Assembly: GCF_902713615.1 (NCBI RefSeq)
Contig: NC_052163.1
Span: forward strand, 38,822,248 to 38,886,247
Reading direction: 5' to 3'
Length of the DNA: 64,000 bases
Origin: Scyliorhinus canicula
Taxonomy: Eukaryota
A model generated the notes under the pieces. It was not told the origin of the DNA and ran no database searches. It saw only the letters and a program-made list of their open reading frames with translations. This document shows, piece by piece, positions 56,801 to 64,000 of the stretch; within the stretch, counting starts at the first letter, position 1; every line of letters starts with the position of its first letter. Position numbers and translations under genes: made by a program.

Positions 56801-59800
56801 CTCCAAAACAAAAATGACTAAGTTCAAGAAGATCGCAATGGGAACCACGTGCGTCAGAACAGCCACACCAATATTCTTGCCCGAAACGACACTTCATTTT
56901 TGGGGAGATTTCCACCCATTGTATTTATTCTAAAGGTTGGGCAACATGGAGGCGCAGTGGTTAGCACTGCTGCCTCATGTCGCTGAGGACCCGGGTTCAA
57001 TCCTGGCCCTGGGTCACTGTCTTTGTGGAGTTTGCACATTCTCCCCGTGTCTGCGTGGGTTTCACCCCACAACCCAAAAATGTGCAGAGTAGGAGGATTT
57101 GTCATCCTAAATTGCCCCTTAATTGGAAACAAATAATTGGGTACTCCAAATTTATTTTTAAAATGTATTTATGCTGAAGGCAAATAACTTACAGTGGGAG
57201 TCTAAGATCAACTTTGATTTAACACTAGAGTAACTCTAATGGTTGGAGGTCTTTTTAAATTCTAAATATGAATGTTTACTTTTAATTTTGAATCTTTTCT
57301 GATGTGGACTGTGTAACTAATTAAAGTAGCCATAAAAGAGAACATGCGGAAGGTTCAACTTGCCAAGGGTTTGCATTGTAATGGACTGTGTTCAGTGTGA
57401 TCCAGACTGAAACCTGAGCATTGTATATCTTTGCAGGCTGACATCATCATCTACAACTATGTTGAGAAAGCAGTTCATGCACACATGACTCTTCACCAAG
57501 CCAAAGTGGAAGCATTGGCATTTTCCCCAAATGATCTCTATTTGGTATCTCTTGGAGGTCAGGATGACGGCAGGTAACATAGATTAAGAACCAAGCAAAA
57601 TTGAAACCAGTGGGAATGAGGGAAACAGTCTGCAGTAATTGGAGTCATAACTCACACAAAGGAAAATGTTGTTTTAAAAGGTGCTGGAAATATTCAGCAG
57701 GTCTGGTCATATTTGCGGAGAGAGTTAATAGAGTTAATGTCCCAGGTTGATGTTGTGACAGTGACAAAGTTTCATTAGCTGAAACATTAATTCTCCTCAG
57801 ATACTCCCAGACCTGCTGAGTATTTCCAACATTTTCTGTTTTATTTCAAATTTCCAGCATCAAAAAATCTTTGTTCTTGCAAATGACAGTGATTGTGGTT
57901 TTTGGAGGACAATCATCTCAACTCGGGTCAAGTTCCTCTGAGACCCAACCAACTTCAGCAGTTTTTCATCAATGACTACTAGTTCTTGTAGTGGAAGGAG
58001 CTGTTTGTCTGGTACATGCACAAAGATGTCTCTGTTAAATCAGTGCATCTCCAACAGAGAGCGTGCAAGAGATATTACAGAGGCTAAGATTGTACAGCTA
58101 TCCCAGCCAGTACAGGCAGATATGTCACTTAGAAGAGCAAGGTTTGGGATAGCTAGGCAAGGTGCAGCTACTGGCACAGAAGGTGAGTTCACCCAACTGC
58201 AGATGATGCAAGAGCAGCAGCAGTTCAACAGACACAGATTCATCAATTTGATGTCTCTGCAGTCCAAACCATCGTCCCAAAGACAGGGAAGGCATTGGTG
58301 TCAGCTCATAATGGTGTCGTCAGATAAACCATATACTAAGTACAAGCATAGACTTCAATCTAATCAATAGTGCGGATATATAATTCTGTCAATTTATCAG
58401 ATATCTAAGGAGAATTCGGCTTCCGGCGGGGAAAGAGAGCGGTCGCGGTTGGAGGAGCTCCTGGGAGGGAACAAAGTTGCGTCCCGCTCCTCGCCGAGAA
58501 CTTGCAGCCAAGCGCACAAATTCACCCGTTTGAGCCCCCCGCAACAAGAGAGTGGGGACGAAGAAAAACCCGGGCTTTAAAGCGGGAGACCTGGGCGCTC
58601 GGGAACGGAGTGATCCACCCACCCCACCCCACGCGCGGCAGCAGAGCGCGGGGCAGGACGAGCGGCGGCCTGAGTCAGCAGCAAGGACCGACCTCCCTCT
58701 CCCCGACGGCAAGCACCACGAGGCAGGCGGCGGAACAAAGAGGGACTCTCGGCCCGACCTGAAGTCTCTCTCTCTCTCTCTCGACCCTGGGTGAGTGAGG
58801 GGGAAAAAAAAGAACTTCCCCCTTTTCAAAAAAAAAACCTTTGAAAATAAAATTTTTAAAGAGAAAGAATTTTTTTTCCCTTTTTTAAAATAAAACAAAT
58901 TTTCTTGATAAGCATTTTATAAAAATAGTGTTAAAGTAGAGAAGGGAGGGGGAAAGAAAAATGGGGGAAAAAAAGGGAGGGACAAAATAAATGCCAGAAG
59001 GGAGCCAAAGCAGAAGGAGAAAGGGCACCAAAAGCAAATGGGGCAGTGGGCGAGCCCGTTCAGACGAGCTAATCGGCGCACAAAGCGGCCAGGGGGGAAC
59101 TGGAACTGGAACTGGCAGCCTTTGCCGAGGCGCTGAGGGAACATCAGCAGGAAAACAAGGCAGAGGCCAGAGCAGACATGGAGGCCGCAGTGCAGGCAGC
59201 AATGGCCAAGGCCCTGGCGGAGGTGCAGCTTGCCCAGGGCAGAACAGAGAAGAAACTGGAAGTCCAAGAGGAGAAACTGGAAGCCCAAGAGGAGAAACTG
59301 GAAGCCCAAGAGATGACCATTAAGGAGCTGGAAAAAGCCGCGACTGACATGAGCGACCGGATCACTGGAGAAGGAGGTGGCGAGACTGTGCACAACGCAG
59401 GGGAGCCTGAAGGGCAGGGTGGACGATCAGGAAAACCGCTCGAAGACAAAATGTCAGGACAGTGGGCCTACCAGAGGGGATAGAGGGTAGAAACCCACAG
59501 CATACGTGGCCGTGATGCTGGGCAACTTAGTGGGGAGGAAAACCTTCCCCAACCCACCAGAAATGAATAGAGCACACCAGTCGCTGCGCCCGAAGCCCAA
59601 GACAGGGGACCACCCGAGGGCAGTTATAGCTAAACTGGTAGAAAGGGCCGACACCGTACTGGACGCAACAAGAAAGAAATGGGAGGAGGATTTGGGGATT
59701 GAAATAGGGTGAGGTCAGCAGCACCACCCAAAGCTGCAGACTGGCTGTCCAACCTCTCGGAATCTCTCCAAATGGAGAAAACCAAATTTGCCATCGAGAG

Positions 59801-62295
59801 TCAGACGATGACTTCCACAGAACCATTCACCCAATTGTTCCGGCACCTGTTTGTGGCCAACGAACAAGCAGCAAAATCCATCCGGGTGAAGCACCAACAC
59901 CAGACCCATTCGAGTATTGCCCTCTGTAATGTTTCTACGGCACCCAAATGTATATCTACCTCCCTAATCTCCAACCACCCCTTTCCCCCCCTCTTCTCCC
60001 CCCCCCCCTCCCCCCCCAACAAACAAACAGATACCTACTTATGTGTTGTAAATAATTTTGCCAATTGTACAAAGTTGCTGCTGTTGAGCTGGTGCATAAT
60101 ACCTTACCAGTGACTTTATTTTATTTTTTTATTTATTTTGTATTATTACTTTTTTTTGGTATGTTTGTGTGTGCCCTTCTCTTCTATATAACGGTAAATA
60201 TACCTTGTTCAAAAACCCAATAAAAACATTTATAAAGAAAAAAGATATCTAAGGAGTTCCTGCAACCTTGTAATTTATTTTTTCAATTGACTCTACTCAC
60301 TAATTACTTGTTTATTCAATGTTGAAGTTCCAAAGTTGCGCACTCCTGAGAGTGTATGGAAGCATATTTGCTTGTGGCTTTCAAAATGGAATTGAACAAT
60401 TATCTGAAGAGAAAACATTTGCAGGGATAGGGGGAAGAGTCGGGAGAGTGGGAATTGCTTTTGCAGAGAGCGGGCATGGAAATGAAGGCCAAATAGCAGC
60501 CTCCTGCTGTAGCGATTCTCTGATTAATGAACAGTTATTTCCTGGCTCTGCTGTATGATCTCTTCTCTGATAATAACAGTGCAGCTTAATTCACTCGCTC
60601 AATAGCTTGTGCACACCCTGGTGGGAAACTGATAGTGTAAATGTTCATGCAATCCAAACTGGTTGATACAAAATGGTTTATTAAGTTATTGTTGTATAAG
60701 TGGTAATCACTGACCGCTTCAATTACAAAGATGATGAAAGAGTTAAAGATTCATCTAGTGCTCTTCATTCATATTTTTGCCCAAGTATTCATTCCACTTT
60801 TCTTATACAGCCATGCTATGGTGAAATGGGTTCATGCGGATGTTGGACGAGGATTTACGAGGAAGAACAATCACTGTAATCCTGTCCCCTATTGATTTTC
60901 TGTTCACAATGTCCAAAAGGCTGCATTATTATGTATTTTTAAAAATTTCTGTCAAACTTCACAATGATTATGAAACACATAAACCTTTTTGCTTTCTCAC
61001 TCTTACAGTGTTGTCATCTGGAATATTGCAACAAAATTATCCATCTGTGGCAGTCCTGCTTGTGTCGCAACTGCTGGAAATGCGCAAATTGTAAAATTCG
61101 CGAACAATATGGATGATACCTTTATTACGGGAGGAACGTAAGTTAGGAAAGAAGATTGAGATTTCCTTGGTTAGACCTGGTGCCGGAATGACTCAGACCT
61201 GTGCCTGTTTCTATACTGATCTTGCACTTAGCTTTATTTTGAATCACGTTCACGTGAACTGGAACGTAAAAAAAGCATCTTTAAGCAAGTGGAAATCATG
61301 TGGACAATTGAGGCGCTCGGTACATAACACACATCATCCTCTTTATTTATAATAATAATCTTTATTGTCGCAAGTAGGTATTGCCATTGCAATTAAGTTA
61401 CTGTGAAATGCCCCTAGTCTGTTTGAGTACACAGAGGGAGAATTCAGAATGTCCAAATTACCTAACAGCACGTCTTTCGGGACTTGTGGGAGGAAACCGG
61501 AGCACCCGGAAGAAACCCACGCAGACACAGGGAGAACGTGCAGATTCCACACAGACAGTAACCCAAGCCAGGAATCAAACAGTGCTAACCACTGTGCTAC
61601 CATGTCACCCATATAAGTCATCTTATTGATATTAAGAAAATTAAGGGCTGAAGCCATCAAATTATCACTATTCACGCTAAGCACAGTATGTGAAAGAAAT
61701 TATAGAAACACTCGTCTTTAGTGTAACAAATTCTGATGCCGTAAACATTCAAATATATAGAGCATAGTGCAGATCACAGTAATGTAAAATAAAAGTGTGC
61801 AAAAACCCTTTAAAAGAAAGCCCAAAAATGGTGACATTGGGTCCAGAAATTCTTCACGCTTCTTTGGTGTAAATGAGGAAACTGGCATTCCCTGTTTCTT
61901 TGCAAGGCATGGAGCTATTTTAATTGGTGAGTTGGGTTTCAGCACGCCTTACCCGGGAAAAACCGACAGTAGAAACTCACACATAATGATATTTATGTGC
62001 AAGTCACTTCAACGTAAGTTTCCTCAGGTAAACAAATGACGCATCTGCACTCCTGTGCTGTAATTACACCGAAACATTCCATGAAATTGCAGGTTAATAT
62101 ATTGGCGCGGGGTGGGGTTTGCAACTGAGACATCATGTAATGTAGGAAATTGTATGAGCTGATATTCTTCTACAGTATTTGTTTCCTTTTTGTAGTGGTA
62201 CACTACGTCTCTGGCTCCTAGATTTACCCAACAGAAAGATTCGTGCCACTGAATGCCAAACCGGACATTTGAAACGAATGATCAACTGTATCGAA
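50770..62295 (+). CDS. CFAP52: Cilia- and flagella-associated protein 52 (WDR16), 5' part: join(50770..50830,52732..52931,57437..57573,61009..61137,62196..62295); continues beyond window
   Basis: Spliced translation MAHETEDISQLQLESIIGFNGKVPFGLTVHPD...IYPLGCT...GQVTYMGFKADII...EALAFSPNDLYLVSLGGQDDGSVVIW...LDLPNRKIRATECQTGHLKR matches vertebrate CFAP52; all junctions GT-AG and in frame. Confidence 0.94.
50971..51198 (-). mobile_element. Short V-SINE with A-rich tail and TSD
   Basis: GACTCACTTTTT at 50959-50970 and 51199-51210. Confidence 0.85.
52108..52248 (+). repeat. Near-identical copy (about 140 bp) of 51662-51801, an L2-like fragment
   Basis: Direct comparison shows about 5 mismatches. 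Confidence 0.85.
52732..52931 (+). CDS. CFAP52: CFAP52 coding exon 2
   Basis: GKVPFGLTVHPDCENIIYPLGCT...GQVTYMGFK; tacag/gtaaga boundaries. Confidence 0.95.
54424..55170 (+). mobile_element. Short tRNA-derived SINE split by a solo LTR
   Basis: SINE sequence stops at 54570 and resumes at 55145. Confidence 0.75.
54571..55144 (-). mobile_element. Solo LTR (TG...CA termini, 4-bp TSD GAAG)
   Basis: TGCCATG...ATATGACA flanked by GAAG at 54567-54570 and 55145-55148; one end is the reverse complement of the start of the 37194 element. Confidence 0.8.
55200..55795 (+). mobile_element. DeuSINE (SacSINE1-like)
   Basis: Deu-domain-like CCATGGCAC...GAAGAGCAGGGG...GGTGTCCTGGCCA and tail ACTATATAAATGCAAGTCTTTCTTT. 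Confidence 0.7.
55278..55482. mobile_element. Harbinger-type MITE (3-bp TSD ACC) inside a DeuSINE
   Basis: TIRs GGGCAGGGTTTTCC and GGAAAATCCTGCCC; ACC on both flanks. Confidence 0.8.
56190..56917. mobile_element. Probable Harbinger-related non-autonomous element
   Basis: GC-rich insert ending GGAGATTTCCACCC, resembling the other Harbinger TIRs. Confidence 0.4.
56939..57162 (+). mobile_element. Short V-SINE with A-rich tail and diverged TSD of about 17 bp
   Basis: TGTATTTATTCTAAAGG before and TGTATTTATGCTGAAGG after. Confidence 0.82.
57437..57573 (+). CDS. CFAP52: CFAP52 coding exon 3
   Basis: ADIIIYNY...KVEALAFSPNDLYLVSLGGQDDG; tgcag/gtaaca boundaries. Confidence 0.95.
58413..60242 (+). 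mobile_element. Internally deleted L1 (5'UTR, partial ORF1, ORF2 scraps, 3' tail)
   Basis: CpG-rich 5' end; coiled-coil ORF1 (EEKLEAQEEKLEAQ, RAHQSLRPKP...PRAVIAKL); ORF2 scraps matching the 8.6-10 kb copy; perfect TSD AGATATCTAAGGAG at 58399-58412 and 60243-60256. Confidence 0.88.
61009..61137 (+). CDS. CFAP52: CFAP52 coding exon 4
   Basis: VVIWNIATKLSICGSPA...FITGG; tacag/gtaagt boundaries. Confidence 0.93.
61348..61602 (-). mobile_element. V-SINE with Rex1-like tail
   Basis: Reverse complement of the 16661 type. Confidence 0.8.
62196..62295 (+). CDS. CFAP52: CFAP52 coding exon 5
   Basis: GTLRLWLLDLPNRKIRATECQTGHLKRMINCIE; tgtag/gtgagt boundaries. Confidence 0.94.
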
Positions 62296-62819
62296 GTGAG
62301 TTGCACTTTGTAGTGCTCAGTTCCTTCCAAAGTAGAGCTATATTAGGAATACTGGTAATAACATCTTGAAGGAGTGCTATTTCACAATTATATCTACAAC
62401 ACCGGAGGAATATAAGATTGGTTTGGAACAGGAAAATTCTGCTTTGCCCAAAACGTCCACCTCCTTATAGATAGATCAACCACAAATACTCATTTTCTTG
62501 CCAATGGGGAATTGTTCTAGGACCAATTTCCGAAACTGACCTGTTCGGGCTGTTCCCTCAAAGTGTTGTGCATCTCACACTGAAATGTTCTGCTTCTACA
62601 AATAAGCATGAGAATGTAATTATTTAAACTCGCAATGTGCATTATTGTCAGACAGCCATCAACCTTTTGGAAAATTGATCTATCTATTGTAGGCTTTTCT
62701 TTCTCCTTTCATTTACTGGGACACACAATCACAGTTTCAATGAAGTGATCAAGTCAAATATCAAGAATTCAAATTGAACCCAAGATGAATGCCAAAAGTA
62801 CTTTTCACTCACAATTGTC

Positions 62820-63148
62820 TCCAGTAGCGGGTGAAAGCAGAACTAGGGGGCATAGCCTCAAAATAAAGGGAAGTAGATTTAGGACTGCGCTTTGGAGGAA
62901 CTTCTTCAGCCAAAGGGTTGTGAATCTATGGAATTTCCTGCCCAGTGAAGCAGTTGAGGCTCCTTCATTAAATGTTTTCAAGATAAAGATAGATAGTTTT
63001 TTGAAAAATAAAGGAATAAAGGGTTATGGTGACCGGGTGGGAAAGTGGAGCTGAGTCCACAAAAGATCAGCCTTGATCTCATTGAATGACAGAGCAGGCT
63101 CGAGGGGCCAGGTGGCCTACTCCTGCTCCTACTTCTTATGTTCTTATG
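62820..63148 (+). mobile_element. CR1 3' end
   Basis: ESRTRGHSLKIKGSRFRT...RVVNLWNFLP and tail GGCCTACTCCTGCTCCTA. Confidence 0.85.
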
Positions 63149-64000
63149 TATTACGATCCCAGACCAGACCCCAACAGTGGCTAGGATACTAGACCAAACC
63201 CCCAATATTTTAGTTTATTTTGTAAGACTGCGTAGAAAGAATGATGCGCATGAAGAAATAGGGATTTGGTTATTTTAAAACAAAACTTTATTATGAATGC
63301 AATATTAAACTCTTTAACTTCACACGCAAAAAGAATAGCTTACAATTACCCCTTAAACACTGCTACTCAATTCCCCATTAGGCAACAAGAAAAGAACCAT
63401 ACAGCTCTCAATTCATCTATAAATCAGCATGGCACAGAGTAATACGTGCTTCACAGAACAGATTTGGACTCATGTTAGAATCCCTACAGACACTATAACT
63501 ATCCTGCTGGGAGATAATTGTGGACTCAGTGCAGACAGATCAGTCTTCAACTCATCTTCCAAAGCTTTCTCAAAATCTCTGTCTGAATCCCTTAGCTCCA
63601 TGCAGCAATGACATCATCTCCCCAATTTGAAAAACAAATTAACTCTCCAGGTTGAAAGCATATTAACTGCCCAGGGACATTCCCTCGTCAAACCACATAA
63701 CAGTGCATTAGCCCAGACTGAAAAACACATTCCTTTGGTCAATTCGCCTTCTGGCTCCTAAAAGCTTGCAGGCCCTGCAAAACAGAATCCTTTTTTAAAA
63801 AAAGATGTCCACTGCAGTCAAACACACTCTAACCCCACCCGTTTAACCCTTAAATTGCCAACGGTTTATAATCCAATATTCCTAAGATCATCCACTTGTT
63901 CCACCAACCAAATGAATTGAATTGTAAGACAAATTGAAACAGCTTCAGTTAGTGTTTTTTAAATGTCTCAACCATTCAGTCAGTTCAAACAATTGTTTTG
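63147..64000. mobile_element. Probable LTR-type repeat running off the window end
   Basis: Begins right after a CR1 tail with TGTATTACGATCCC; composition resembles the other LTRs; far end not visible. Confidence 0.35.

Overview
Eukaryotic genomic DNA, most likely from a cartilaginous fish (probably a catshark-type shark, inferred from abundant HE1-type V-SINEs and a SacSINE1-type DeuSINE). The + strand carries the complete 11-exon coding region of NARF (3430-45679, 460 aa) followed in tandem by the first five coding exons of CFAP52/WDR16 (50770-62295, continuing past the window). The introns hold many nested mobile elements: L1, CR1, Rex1/Babar, RTE, Penelope-like, Gypsy remnants, solo LTRs, PIF/Harbinger elements and several SINE families. 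The strongest unusual observation is an intact tRNA-Gly(TCC) joined to a downstream SINE and apparently retrotransposed as one unit; a related LTR in the same window shows the empty site. Other notable items are a Penelope-type inverted repeat with two minimal hammerhead ribozyme cores, one V-SINE body with three different LINE-derived tails, a TSD-flanked internally deleted L1, an exact 208-bp templated insertion, and a 33-bp VNTR beside an RFX X-box in the CFAP52 promoter. All calls are by eye from remembered homologues; repeat family names and boundaries are approximate.
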